Below are positions 52,564-63,081 of a stretch of 64,000 bases of DNA, piece by piece. Positions within the stretch are counted from its first letter, which is position 1. Every line of letters starts with the position of its first letter. The notes under the pieces are model-generated. The model saw nothing but the letters and a program-made list of their open reading frames with translations. It did no database searches and had not been told where the DNA came from. Both the position numbers and the translations under genes were made by a program. Source of the DNA: a virus; the IMG/VR virus record IMGVR_UViG_3300032288_003197, positions 1-64,000 of that record. One strand, given 5' to 3'.

Positions 52564-55500
52564 TCATCTCATGATTGGGAGTACTTCTACTTGGGTTCCG
52601 TATGTATAACCTTGTTGCGCCAGCCAGCGAGTTGCAACACGATTTGCATCACCTTGACTGTTGCCCACACCACCAAATCGATACAGCTCGCGACCATTGT
52701 TGTCGACCACTTGCCACTCGCCTGTGAACCTGCCGCTGGCAGCAAGACCTTGATCTATTAGACTGCCAGGATCTGAACTTTGCTGTGTGCTCGGAGTCTG
52801 CGTAGCCAGTGGAATATCAAGTTCAACGTCAGTGACTCCCGGTATAGGCACAGATTGATATTGAGCTGCTCGTTGACGTTGTAGGTCTAGAGTGGATCCA
52901 GGAACAGGTGGTTGTCCTAATCGTTGGCCGGGATCATATCTCAGTTGCCATTCTCCAGGATTCTCACGGCTCCATTGCAGCAACACTGTGTCGGCATCGC
53001 CGGCATCTGCTGCCATGAAACGATAGGCGATTGGATCGTCCACAGAGGCACGGTTTCTCACTATAACATAGGAGCCATCAGGATTGCTGGGACGACCGTT
53101 CACAGTCGGTCCTGCACTTTTCGGTGCGGATCCTTGATATGGGCGAAGCGGTTTTGCTCGTAGAGATTGCGCAGCCTGACTCATTGGATGAATTCCCCAC
53201 TCTCGTACCGCAGCAGCAATGGCTTCTTGCGCATTGCTGGCCACAACTTCTATGCTGCGAGTGTTTTCCCATTCCACATTCCACCACATGGCACCAGTTT
53301 GTTTGCCCTTGGCCACACTGCGTTGCAACTGTGCTTGGCGCACAAAACTCTTCAAGGCCTGCTGAGGCAAATCACCAACTGCATATTTTGTAAAGTATTG
53401 TATTGTGTCTGTATCTGCTGAATCTTTTGACAACAACTTGTACAGCTTTTTTTGATATTCTTCTCGATATGCTTCAGGATCCAGGGCCGCGCTCATGGCC
53501 ACTGTAAATCTCAACAATGTGTTTTCAATTTGATCAAAGTTTTCGTTGAGCCAATCACCACCTGGTGAGCGAAATTCTATCCAGCCCTCTTTGGTGTTGA
53601 TACTGGTGTATTTTCCTGTTTCACCTGAATGTATGGCCTTGGATGCCAAGTCCTCCATGTGTCCGCGCATTTTGTTCAGCAGCGATTGTGCAGCATTAGG
53701 ATCCTGTTTTACTCTGTCTTTGACAATTTTCAAAGCAGATTCACAATAGGAGTTGCTGGATCTGCCAAATGTGTCCAGTACATATTGATCGCCCATGAGC
53801 AAGGCCAGTTTAACAAAGTCTAATCGGTCCTGAGAATATCCCGGCACCGAAATGTTGATGTGTAAACCTGTGCTGCTATTGGTGTAACAACCACGACTCG
53901 TGGCCCAGGCCTTGACTTTGTTAAGATCACTCAGCATTTGATCAATGGGCAAGGGCGGAGATACAAATTCTAGACCGGCATCGTTGTGGTCGTCGGCTTC
54001 AATACTGCCATCAGGCTCTACCACATAGTGTCCGGCTTCTCTGCGACCTTGACTATAGCTAGAGCTGGTATTGACAGGACGACCGATGGCCGCTTCAAAA
54101 TCGTCACCAACGCTGTCTATAGCAGTATTGGTTTCTGGATATACCCAGTGCGGCCAGTTAACATCATAGTTACGGAGAACATCACGCATGGTTTCAATAC
54201 CTTCTGACTCCAACCACTCTGATTCCAGGGCCGCATTTTCATTAAATTCTTCGCTCCATTCTTCATAGGCAGCATCCATGTCGCTGCTGCCCACACCGTC
54301 AAGGGCTGCGTCGTGTTTTTCTTGAACCAATTCTTCAATCTTGGATCTGAGTTCTTCATCGTTGACGCCAAACTCAGGAGCACTGTCTAGAATTTGTTGT
54401 TCGGCTTCTTGGCGCCATTCATCTTCGTAGGTTCGCCAAAGCCAGTCACGAACATAATCATCAACGTCTTCTTTCCACTGTTGCTCTCTCCGCTCTTCCA
54501 ACCACTCATAATATTGATTGGTCATTTCTTCCCGCAAGTCGGCAATCTCTCTACCACCGTTGTATTCGCCGTCATCAAAGAATCGAACTGCATCTTCAAT
54601 GTCACCTACTGATTCGTTGTAATTCCAATCGGGCTCTGGGTCGACGCTGCCTACGCCATCGCCATTATCAATATCTACGTTGGGCACAACCATTTCAAAT
54701 TCCATGCCCGCACGTGCACCGGTTTTTGCAGCTTCTTGACGCAGATTGCTGGGACTCATTCGAATCTCGCCCAGCACTTCATCTTCTAATAGTTCAAACT
54801 CTCTACGCAGGCTTTCCACCAGATCATCTTCTTCGTCTACATTGTACGTGGGATCTGTCTTGATCTTACGCATGCCTGCAGGTTGCTGGGGATCCTTGGG
54901 GTCAATGTCTGTGACGTCAAGTCCTGTGGCTTTGAGATCTTTGATAAATTTGTGTTCGGTTTCTTCGTCGCCGAAGCTTATGATAGCACTGGGCGGTCCC
55001 TTGCCAAAATCATGTTTGCCCAGGCCTTTCATGTTGCTGATATGCTGTCCCAACTTATACCAATCATACACATCACTCACATCCACTCGCACAGTGCCTG
55101 CAGGCATGGTAGGCGGAGTCTCAGGACCCAGGGGCTGATTCAGTTCGCGATACTGGCCGGGACCTTGGCTGGGCTGTGGCATACGACCTTCGCGTAGGTT
55201 CACAGTTTTCATAAGCAACGCAGGTTTACCTTGACTGTCGGTGTCCAAGGCCAGCTTGTTGGCTTCCCGGCCAACTTGACCTGGTTTGATGTCCACAGTC
55301 AGAGCCATTGAGTAACGTGGATCGCGAGCTTGTTTTTTGTTCTTGGGAATGTAGCCACTTGCACTTTCCTCTAGCGACACATCTCGAAACATTTCAGGGT
55401 GTTTGTCCGCCCAGTGACGCATGATTCTGCCGGCCATGGCATTGGCTTCATCTTCCCAGGGACTGCCTGTACCACCTGCATCGTCCGGCAAAGTTTGCAG

Positions 55501-56670
55501 TTCGTTTTGTCGGCAATGAGTGAGCTCATGTGCCATGGTTCTCAGGATGTCCAACACATGACGTCCGCTGGTGGCTAGATGCAATAAGTTGTTATCTGGA
55601 TCAAATTGACCAAAGCTGCCGGTGCTTTCGCTCCAGTCTGTGTTGTGATGCAACACCATTTCGGGAGCGTTTTCAATATCTAAAAAGTCTATGCAATTGT
55701 CGAAAAATCTTGATAGAACAATGTCAATGTCATTTTCAGTGAGGAACATGGCAGTGGTGGGATTCACACCATCTGGTGATTCATCAACAGGTTCTTCCAG
55801 GATGCTCTTGGTACTGGGGTTGACACCATCTGGTGATTCTGAAAAGCGACTTTCGCCGCCACCACCGTCACCGCCGACCTCGCCGCTGTCACTGAAGCTG
55901 AAGCCGGGAGCCCAATAACCACCAAAGCCATATTTGACTTTTTTCTTTTTGTTTTTCTTTTTAGCTTCAGCCATGCTCAAGTCTCGATCTCGAGCAGCAG
56001 TCACGGCGTCTTTCAGCAACTTGATGCAACCACTGTTTCTCAACAGTTTGAAAGCAATGTTTTCGCAACCAAACTCACCGTGTTGAGCCAGGCCAGCTTG
56101 ACGCATCTGTTTGATCTTTTGCCACAGTGCGTTGATAACAGTCTCGTCGCCTTGCTTGACTGCATCATGAATTCGTGCGTCAAGGTCAGCCACTTTGTCA
56201 CGCACACAGGCATCATCTATCTTGGCACGTCTGCGACGAGGAACTGAGATCCACTTGCGGTCTTTTACGGAATAGATGCCTTGACTGTGATGCGGTTGAT
56301 CAGCGGGTTGCACATACAACTCAACGTCAGCACCACCAATGGTTATGTTGTGCTCGTTGTTGTACTGATATTTCTTGGCCGTGAACAGTTCTTGATACAC
56401 CGGATCCGACGGCATTTGCACCACAAGGTGCAAATCAATGTCAGAATTGGGAGTGTAACTGTAGGCTGCGTTTGAGCCTGAAAGTGTGATGTCTTGGATG
56501 TCAAGATTTTCTACACCCAAAAATTCTTGGAAATCAGCAGCGATGGCCAAGAGTTTTTCACGCACTTGCGGCAACAAGTGTTCGTCACGACCCCAGAGCT
56601 TGGGGTTGAGACGATTGTGAAATTTTACCGCATCGGCAAGATTATAAGAGTCCAGTTCTAGAATGTTCAT
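52564..56670 (-). CDS. polyvalent protein: Pol-beta nucleotidyltransferase + HExxH zincin-like + putative amidoligase
   Basis: SGSN...SDIDLH; AHELTH...EDEAN; GMEFE...DGSI...GLEFVSPP...STGLHINIS...IEFRSPG. Confidence 0.8.
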   Translation of the reverse strand: MNILELDSYNLADAVKFHNRLNPKLWGRDEHLLPQVREKLLAIAADFQEFLGVENLDIQDITLSGSNAAYSYTPNSDIDLHLVVQMPSDPVYQELFTAKKYQYNNEHNITIGGADVELYVQPADQPHHSQGIYSVKDRKWISVPRRRRAKIDDACVRDKVADLDARIHDAVKQGDETVINALWQKIKQMRQAGLAQHGEFGCENIAFKLLRNSGCIKLLKDAVTAARDRDLSMAEAKKKNKKKKVKYGFGGYWAPGFSFSDSGEVGGDGGGGESRFSESPDGVNPSTKSILEEPVDESPDGVNPTTAMFLTENDIDIVLSRFFDNCIDFLDIENAPEMVLHHNTDWSESTGSFGQFDPDNNLLHLATSGRHVLDILRTMAHELTHCRQNELQTLPDDAGGTGSPWEDEANAMAGRIMRHWADKHPEMFRDVSLEESASGYIPKNKKQARDPRYSMALTVDIKPGQVGREANKLALDTDSQGKPALLMKTVNLREGRMPQPSQGPGQYRELNQPLGPETPPTMPAGTVRVDVSDVYDWYKLGQHISNMKGLGKHDFGKGPPSAIISFGDEETEHKFIKDLKATGLDVTDIDPKDPQQPAGMRKIKTDPTYNVDEEDDLVESLRREFELLEDEVLGEIRMSPSNLRQEAAKTGARAGMEFEMVVPNVDIDNGDGVGSVDPEPDWNYNESVGDIEDAVRFFDDGEYNGGREIADLREEMTNQYYEWLEERREQQWKEDVDDYVRDWLWRTYEDEWRQEAEQQILDSAPEFGVNDEELRSKIEELVQEKHDAALDGVGSSDMDAAYEEWSEEFNENAALESEWLESEGIETMRDVLRNYDVNWPHWVYPETNTAIDSVGDDFEAAIGRPVNTSSSYSQGRREAGHYVVEPDGSIEADDHNDAGLEFVSPPLPIDQMLSDLNKVKAWATSRGCYTNSSTGLHINISVPGYSQDRLDFVKLALLMGDQYVLDTFGRSSNSYCESALKIVKDRVKQDPNAAQSLLNKMRGHMEDLASKAIHSGETGKYTSINTKEGWIEFRSPGGDWLNENFDQIENTLLRFTVAMSAALDPEAYREEYQKKLYKLLSKDSADTDTIQYFTKYAVGDLPQQALKSFVRQAQLQRSVAKGKQTGAMWWNVEWENTRSIEVVASNAQEAIAAAVREWGIHPMSQAAQSLRAKPLRPYQGSAPKSAGPTVNGRPSNPDGSYVIVRNRASVDDPIAYRFMAADAGDADTVLLQWSRENPGEWQLRYDPGQRLGQPPVPGSTLDLQRQRAAQYQSVPIPGVTDVELDIPLATQTPSTQQSSDPGSLIDQGLAASGRFTGEWQVVDNNGRELYRFGGVGNSQGDANRVATRWLAQQGYTYGTQVEVLPIMR

Positions 56671-56687
56671 TGAACTCTTATTTATTG

Positions 56688-57569
56688 TTAATCGCCGTTG
56701 GCTGCTTTCTTGGGTTTCTTCCGGCTGGCAGCAATCACCTTGCTCTCAGGTTCGGCCACTGGTTCAGGAGCTGCAGGTGCAGGTGCAGGTTCAAATACTG
56801 CTTTGAGATCACGGTACACTTGTTCTTGTGCATTGCCGTCAAATGTGTAGGTGCCAGTATGGCGCAACAACACACGTTTATCCACCCAGACTTGACCGCC
56901 TAGATCACGCCAGTTTTCACAGAATGTCCAGTCTTCACTGTAGTAGCGGCCTTCGCGCACAGCAGTGTCAAAGTAGGTTTTCATGTACTGGTCAAGTTCA
57001 CGTGGCAAACCAATGTCATTGGCAAAAGTACGCACAGCAGGGTGAGCATTCAACTTGTCAAATACATCACGCTTGATCAACAAGAATCCTGTGCCAGTTT
57101 TTGATACTTCAATCAAGGGCGAATTAGGATCTTCCACCACACCAGGAATGCCGTTCACACACCATTTCACTGGCAGACTCTTCATGGGGTACAAACCGCC
57201 TATGACGTCTTTTTGTGCATCCAACATCACCAGTAAATGCCAGGGCTCCCAGCCAATGTCTGCGTCAATAAACATCAAGTGTGTGCTGTCTTTGTTGTGC
57301 AAGAACTTGGCAGTAAGCGTGTTTCTAGCACGACTAATCAAGCTCTCGTTGGTCATGGTTTCTACAGTCCAATCCAGGCCCAGTTGTCTAGCAGTATTGC
57401 TCCACTTGATGTAACTCATGAATGTTGATTCAGTGAGTTGTCCACCGTAACATGGCATACAGATGTGAACTCGAGTGGTTCTCAAATAGTCAATGTTGAC
57501 TTGAATGTTTTGTTGATTTGTTTGCGCAGGATTGGTGGGCGCAGTTGTTGTGGGTTGGGCGTCAGCCAT
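56688..57569 (-). CDS. GT-A glycosyltransferase-like protein
   Basis: ISRARN, FIDAD, GTGF, SEDWTFC. Confidence 0.8.
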   Translation of the reverse strand: MADAQPTTTAPTNPAQTNQQNIQVNIDYLRTTRVHICMPCYGGQLTESTFMSYIKWSNTARQLGLDWTVETMTNESLISRARNTLTAKFLHNKDSTHLMFIDADIGWEPWHLLVMLDAQKDVIGGLYPMKSLPVKWCVNGIPGVVEDPNSPLIEVSKTGTGFLLIKRDVFDKLNAHPAVRTFANDIGLPRELDQYMKTYFDTAVREGRYYSEDWTFCENWRDLGGQVWVDKRVLLRHTGTYTFDGNAQEQVYRDLKAVFEPAPAPAAPEPVAEPESKVIAASRKKPKKAANGD

Positions 57570-57632
57570 GTTTACTCCATAAAAGTTGTGTATTATTTAC
57601 AGAGTATAACACCCCAGCTGAATTTTTTCTAG

Positions 57633-58202
57633 TTATTTCCGGCCAATAACCATGAAACGACTGTATTCAGTTTCGGGATCTTCTAGATCTAGACTGCCTG
57701 AATACAGCACTTGACTCAAGGGAAATTGTTGTTCGATGTCTTGGGCACCGCGAAATTTGGCACCAGGGTCTTGGTCTCGGGCCTGCAAGGCCACCAAGGT
57801 TCCCGGAGGAATATTATCAAACCATGCACGACCTGGCATGTCTGTAAGACTGGTGTTGACCACAGCGCCCTTGCGATCCAGCTGTCTGTAGTCTATGTCA
57901 TTGGCATCTTTCAGCATGAATTCAACGCGGGGTACTCCGTGCCGGCGCAGCATTTTTTCACTGGTTCGGACAAATTCTGGGTCAGTTTCCACGTTGATGA
58001 TTTGATCTACTTGTAGATATCCTGACTTGTCAATCAGCATGGCGAGATTGCCATACCATGCACCCAGCACATACATCACAGTGATATGCGGTTGTATTTT
58101 TGCCAGTTCACTGATCAGCCACAACTTACTGAACACCAGGTCGGGTGTGTAACTGCCTTCAAGACTGTAGCCCGAACTTTCGGTCAAGTCTGCGATTTTC
58201 AT
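57633..58202 (-). CDS. SAM-dependent methyltransferase-like protein
   Basis: VLGAWYG, VETD, VVNTS. Confidence 0.6.
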   Translation of the reverse strand: MKIADLTESSGYSLEGSYTPDLVFSKLWLISELAKIQPHITVMYVLGAWYGNLAMLIDKSGYLQVDQIINVETDPEFVRTSEKMLRRHGVPRVEFMLKDANDIDYRQLDRKGAVVNTSLTDMPGRAWFDNIPPGTLVALQARDQDPGAKFRGAQDIEQQFPLSQVLYSGSLDLEDPETEYSRFMVIGRK

Positions 58203-59086
58203 TTCTTTTTGCGTCCAGCGCAGTGAGCACGTTGACTGAAGCCTTGAGGGCGGGCACAGTTGATTGACTTTTTGTACTTCTGGCTCCACTTTTCTTCAAC
58301 GTAGTCTTCGTCAATGGGCTGATTTTCACGCTGTTGATATCCAGCCCACATACCGCCCACAGCCGGTGTGCCGGCCATTTGTCCCGACTCTTCATCCATG
58401 GGCTCACGATGCAGTCTTTGCTGTAGCTGACGAAACTGCGGAGTCAATTCTGGTCGCTGGCTTTCCAAGGTGGCTGCCCAGCCTTGATTTTCATCCACTG
58501 TGCTGCCAATCGCTGTGTCCAACATCTTGACCACCGTGGTAGCCAACTTAGGATTCTTTTGTGTGGCAGGATACAGGCTCATCACAAGAGCAGTCTTGCG
58601 CTTTTCATTCAATTGCGGCCAAGCAGTGCGAATCTCTGTGGCCGATGTCATACCAGGGCCAAACTCCACTGTGGGCAAGTAGGCCATGTAGGCGTGCCGA
58701 TTAAATGATTCCAATCGATTGGCTCCCTCCAAGGGTTGCAAGTATGCTGGCTCACCATTCTTTTTGACTCCACCGGCCTGTGGTGGTTTGTCAGCGTCTT
58801 TTTCTGAACGCACAAAAATCAGTCGATCCGATTCGGGGTCAAAACTCTTGGTGATTTCTTCGGCTCTAAATGGTGACTTGACCTGTACAAAGTGTCCGGG
58901 TTCAACGCCGGCCAGTTGAGCCAGCTTTTCTTTTACAGCAAAGGGAAATGGTCTTGAACTGGTGTCATTTGTGGCTGCCACAAATACTTCAGCGTCGGGA
59001 AATGCTCGTTGAATGCTGTGATAAAGCGCCGCGTGTCCTGCGTGAAACGGGTGAAAGCCCCCGGGCATGATGACTACTGTACTCAT
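58199..59086 (-). CDS. HxGH cytidyltransferase-like protein with basic C-terminal module
   Basis: PGGFHPFHAGH, TSATEIR. Confidence 0.8.
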   Translation of the reverse strand: MSTVVIMPGGFHPFHAGHAALYHSIQRAFPDAEVFVAATNDTSSRPFPFAVKEKLAQLAGVEPGHFVQVKSPFRAEEITKSFDPESDRLIFVRSEKDADKPPQAGGVKKNGEPAYLQPLEGANRLESFNRHAYMAYLPTVEFGPGMTSATEIRTAWPQLNEKRKTALVMSLYPATQKNPKLATTVVKMLDTAIGSTVDENQGWAATLESQRPELTPQFRQLQQRLHREPMDEESGQMAGTPAVGGMWAGYQQRENQPIDEDYVEEKWSQKYKKSINCARPQGFSQRAHCAGRKKK

Positions 59087-59101
59087 AATGAGTATTTAGC
59101 G

Positions 59102-59545
59102 TCACATGTTTTCTAGGAACCAAAGGTATATGGGAGTGGTAAACTTGAATTTTACAGCACCGTTGCAGCCCATGAATCCGTAAAATTTATGATCTGCTGA
59201 TGACTGTGAGCCGTTGAAATCATGAGTGTACGTGGCCAGCTGCTGAAATAGATGGTTGATATCTATTTCATCCATGTTCAAGTTTGTCACACTCAACATG
59301 GCGTCCGACAGTATTTCACCAGCTTCGTTGATTTTGGTATGTTCGGGTAATTTTCCAAACATTTCAAATGCCAATTCGTGTTCGCCATCATCGTCTGAAA
59401 AATCATGCTGTATCTCTGTTTCACTGCTTACGTGAGCATTTTCGTATATCACTGCGCCGTTGAAATGAATACGCAATCCCAAGGGCACAGCAAAGTCAGT
59501 GGATCCCACAGTGAGTTTTAGCGTAATTTTTTCGGAGGTTGACAT
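59102..59545 (-). CDS. hypothetical protein
   Basis: MGCNG...F.TPIYLW; AGGA RBS. Confidence 0.7.
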   Translation of the reverse strand: MSTSEKITLKLTVGSTDFAVPLGLRIHFNGAVIYENAHVSSETEIQHDFSDDDGEHELAFEMFGKLPEHTKINEAGEILSDAMLSVTNLNMDEIDINHLFQQLATYTHDFNGSQSSADHKFYGFMGCNGAVKFKFTTPIYLWFLENM

Positions 59546-59555
59546 TCTTGATTCC

Positions 59556-59921
59556 TCAGTACGTAATAGTTACTTGATTGATGGTACCACCTGAAAAACC
59601 CTCCACTCTCACTCGCATCCAAGTAAAGTTTCCAGTCACTGTTTCGGGGTGATAATCCGTGAGTGGGGTAGTGGAGCCATCGCCGTACACAAAAGTGGTG
59701 AACCAAGTGGCCGAATCTGCGTCAGAATCCAAGGTGGCTTCCAGGGTCATGACACCTTCAAAGCCCGTGACCGAAAACAACACAGTCTGAACTCCGCCTT
59801 GACCACGATAGTAATTTGATGCCAGGCGGGCATCACTTATCCAATCTTGACTTGACCCGTCGTAGTTGCCCGAAGGTGTTCCGTACACAGTGGTATCAAG
59901 AATGGTGTACGTTGTGGTCAT
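59556..59921 (-). CDS. hypothetical beta-rich protein, possibly structural
   Basis: GNFTWMR; coupled ORF. Confidence 0.7.
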   Translation of the reverse strand: MTTTYTILDTTVYGTPSGNYDGSSQDWISDARLASNYYRGQGGVQTVLFSVTGFEGVMTLEATLDSDADSATWFTTFVYGDGSTTPLTDYHPETVTGNFTWMRVRVEGFSGGTINQVTITY

Positions 59922-60085
59922 TATGCTCGTTCCGCTTCCACAACCACGCCAGCCCCGGCTAGTTCTTCGGCCACTGATTGCAGTGCAGCCACAATATCAG
60001 ATGTGGCAATCTCGCCGCCCTGATCGCTGTCTTTGACCAATTTTGATAGTTTGATCACAACTATTTCTTCGTGAATTTTTGCCAT
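59921..60085 (-). CDS. small hypothetical protein (MAKIHEEIVVIKLSKLVKD...)
   Basis: 54-aa ORF found manually; fills the gap exactly. Confidence 0.65.
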   Translation of the reverse strand: MAKIHEEIVVIKLSKLVKDSDQGGEIATSDIVAALQSVAEELAGAGVVVEAERA

Positions 60086-60091
60086 AGTCAA

Positions 60092-60751
60092 TTATTTAGC
60101 ACGGCCCACTATTGGCAGGGTCTTTCTTACTACCCCGGGCACAACCATGCTGATCAATAGATCTGCGTTGGGCTCGTTGTGATCTACAAAGTTGTTAGAA
60201 CCCAAATAAATGCGCTTGCTGTTTACAAATCTTTCAAACCCCGGACTCAATCTGAATTGATCAGATCTTGTAGAAAAGTATTTGCGCAGTGATTCGATTT
60301 CATCTTGACTGATCCAGCGTTCTCGAAAGTAGGTTCTGAAACAGTGTTGAGGATCAACCAACGTGACAGCATTGGGCATGAGAGTCAGTGAAGCTTGATC
60401 AATTTTTTTGATTTTTCCAGTGGGCATGGACTCTAGATCTTGAAAATCTTCCGGGTGATTGGTATACAACCACATGCAGTGCCCCGAAACTGTTTTCTTA
60501 AATGGTCGGGTGCGAGACTGTAAAAAGTCACATACCCGGTGCAAAATGTCCTGTGTTGTCTGATCAATGTGTGAAGGGGCCGCCAGGTGGCGGCTATGCC
60601 AACTGTTTCTATAACGTATGGCTGTGTTGATTTTTGCATGATCTAATTCACGCAAAAAACTAGCATGCGGCAAATCAAACTGAACTGCATACTGCCACTG
60701 GCCAAAGTACAATTCACTGCGGGCCACCTCACGGATCTTGGAATCAAACAT
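60092..60751 (-). CDS. hypothetical protein
   Basis: Coupled to the ClpA stop. Confidence 0.7.
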   Translation of the reverse strand: MFDSKIREVARSELYFGQWQYAVQFDLPHASFLRELDHAKINTAIRYRNSWHSRHLAAPSHIDQTTQDILHRVCDFLQSRTRPFKKTVSGHCMWLYTNHPEDFQDLESMPTGKIKKIDQASLTLMPNAVTLVDPQHCFRTYFRERWISQDEIESLRKYFSTRSDQFRLSPGFERFVNSKRIYLGSNNFVDHNEPNADLLISMVVPGVVRKTLPIVGRAK

Positions 60752-63011
60752 CCGCTACCTTTATGATACCATTCTCTGAGACACCAATGTTGGATCTAGG
60801 AACCACATCAAATTCAACTTGGTCATCCAGCATGTTCACTGTGATGTCACAATCAGTGAGTCGATCAAACAAGATCTTCTTTGACAGCGGCACACGAATC
60901 AGCTGGTCGATTTTGCGCGACAGCGGTCTTGCACCCATTTTGGGATCGTAGCCTCGGTCGGCCAGCATGTCCACAACTGCTTCACTCAAGTTGAGTCGAA
61001 TGCCTTTGGCACTCAAGCTGGTCTTGAGTTCGTCCACGAATTTAACAACAACTTTCTTGATGGCCAAAGTATCCAACTTGTTGAACTTGACAATTTGATC
61101 AATACGATTGCGCAGTTCAGGTTTGAAGAACTCCTTGACTGCTTTGTCATCTTCGCCGGTCTTTTCAAAGTTGCCAAAGCCAATGTTGTTGGCTTCACTG
61201 TCTCGTGCACCTAGATTTGACGTCATAATGATGATGCAGTTTTTGCAGTTGGCTTTTTTGCCATTGCTGCTGGTGATAACACCTTCGTCCAACATCTGCA
61301 GCAGGATATTGGTGACATCGGGGTGTGCTTTTTCAATCTCATCAAACAAGATAACACTGAACGGATTTTTAGTAAGATCAGAGATCAGTTTGCCACCGCC
61401 TACGTTGCCATCCTCAAAGCCCACATAGCCCGGAGGAGCACCAATCAAACTACTCACTGAATGACGCTCTTGATATTCACTCATGTCATATTTGAGCAGC
61501 TTCATATCCAAGTTGTCACTCAGCAGTCGTGCCAGTTCAGTTTTACCTGTACCGGTTGGACCCAAGAACAAGAAGCTGGCCATGGGCCGTTTGTCATTGG
61601 CAATGCCGGCAAAGTTGATGTACACCCGCTCCAGCACACTATCCACTGCTGAGTCTTGTCCGTACAACTTCTGCTTGATGTTGCCTTCCAGCTCCATGAT
61701 CTTGGCACTACGCTCGTTTTGCAGTTTGTCTGTGGGCACGCCTGTCACACGAGTCAGCTGTTCTTCGATCATGCTTTTGGTAACTGTTACCAAGCCAGCA
61801 TCTTTCACACGCTCACGAGCACAGGCTGCATCAATCAAGTCAATGCTTTTGTCAGGATTCTTTTTATCGTGGATATAGCGATTTGCAAGTTCCACGGCAC
61901 TGGTGATCGCCTCGGTTTCAATGAGTACATTATGAAACTGTTCGAGCCTAGGTGATAGGCCAATGAGGATTTGTTCAGTGGTCGACGCATCCGGTTCATC
62001 AATCGCCAAGCGATAGAAACGCCGCATGAGTGCGCGATCTTTCTCAAAACTTTCATAGAATTCTTCCCAGGTGGTGCTGGCCACAACTTTAAGACTGCCC
62101 TTGGTGATAGCTGGTTTCAACATGTTGGCAAAGTCCAGGCTGCTGTTGCTGCCTGCACCAGCACCCTTCATGGTGTGTGCTTCGTCCACAAACAAGATAC
62201 AGTTCCGCTTGGCTTCCAGTGCAGCAATCACTGCCTTGAACTTTTCTTCAAATTCGCCGCGGTACTTGCTTCCTGCCAACAGCGAGCCAATTTCCAAGCT
62301 CCATACTTCGTGTCCCTTTAAGAATTCGGGCACACGGTCAGCGGCAATCTCCTGCGCCAAGCCGTCAATGATGGCAGTTTTGCCTACACCAGGATCGCCT
62401 ACCATGAGCACGTTGGCCTTGAAACGTCGAGCCAGCACAGTGATCATTTCTTCCAGTTCTTTGCTGCGACCAATTAGCGGCTCCAGTTGATTTTTGTTGG
62501 CTCGGGCAGTGAGATTTTCACAGTATTCATTCAAGATGTCGTCGGCTTGATCGGTGCTCATACCAGTGTCGGCAGCCGAAGTTTTGTAGGCCTTTTGCCA
62601 GTGATCCACAAACTCCTGTTTCTTCACACCGTATTTCAGCAAGAAGTAGTGTGCATGGCTGTTGGTTTCGGCCATGATTGACAGATACATGTCTATGGTT
62701 GTGACCAGTCTGCGGCCGGTAAACATCACCTGCACATGCACACGATTGAAAATGCGCTCCAAGGCCACAGTGCGTCGTGGTTGGGCGTCGGTGCTGTTGG
62801 TCACAAGATGTACTTGACTCAACAAATACTGCTGGATCTCGTTTTCCATTTGGTCAACTTCTACACCAAAAGCATCCAGGCATTTTCTAAATGCTGGATA
62901 ACGGATCATGCTCAACAGCAGGTGTTCAGTGGTGACATACTCGTGTTTGAGATTTTGGGCCAGTTTGACTGCGTTGTCAACAATGTGTTTGATTTCGGGA
63001 TTTTCTTGCAT
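60744..63011 (-). CDS. clpA: ATP-dependent Clp protease ATP-binding subunit
   Basis: Clp N domain, GDPGVGKT and GPTGTGKT Walker A, GYVG pore loop, IGF ClpP-binding loop. Confidence 0.95.
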   Translation of the reverse strand: MQENPEIKHIVDNAVKLAQNLKHEYVTTEHLLLSMIRYPAFRKCLDAFGVEVDQMENEIQQYLLSQVHLVTNSTDAQPRRTVALERIFNRVHVQVMFTGRRLVTTIDMYLSIMAETNSHAHYFLLKYGVKKQEFVDHWQKAYKTSAADTGMSTDQADDILNEYCENLTARANKNQLEPLIGRSKELEEMITVLARRFKANVLMVGDPGVGKTAIIDGLAQEIAADRVPEFLKGHEVWSLEIGSLLAGSKYRGEFEEKFKAVIAALEAKRNCILFVDEAHTMKGAGAGSNSSLDFANMLKPAITKGSLKVVASTTWEEFYESFEKDRALMRRFYRLAIDEPDASTTEQILIGLSPRLEQFHNVLIETEAITSAVELANRYIHDKKNPDKSIDLIDAACARERVKDAGLVTVTKSMIEEQLTRVTGVPTDKLQNERSAKIMELEGNIKQKLYGQDSAVDSVLERVYINFAGIANDKRPMASFLFLGPTGTGKTELARLLSDNLDMKLLKYDMSEYQERHSVSSLIGAPPGYVGFEDGNVGGGKLISDLTKNPFSVILFDEIEKAHPDVTNILLQMLDEGVITSSNGKKANCKNCIIIMTSNLGARDSEANNIGFGNFEKTGEDDKAVKEFFKPELRNRIDQIVKFNKLDTLAIKKVVVKFVDELKTSLSAKGIRLNLSEAVVDMLADRGYDPKMGARPLSRKIDQLIRVPLSKKILFDRLTDCDITVNMLDDQVEFDVVPRSNIGVSENGIIKVADV

Positions 63012-63081
63012 AGAATTTGATCTAGGTTCCTATGGTTTATTATATTACTTACTGCTTTGATAAGCAAGCATTCTGACACTA

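Noticed and set aside
52006-52761. 251-aa plus-strand ORF and other long antisense ORFs (e.g. 63319-63915, 38162-38635)
   Set aside because: Antisense shadows of well-supported minus-strand genes
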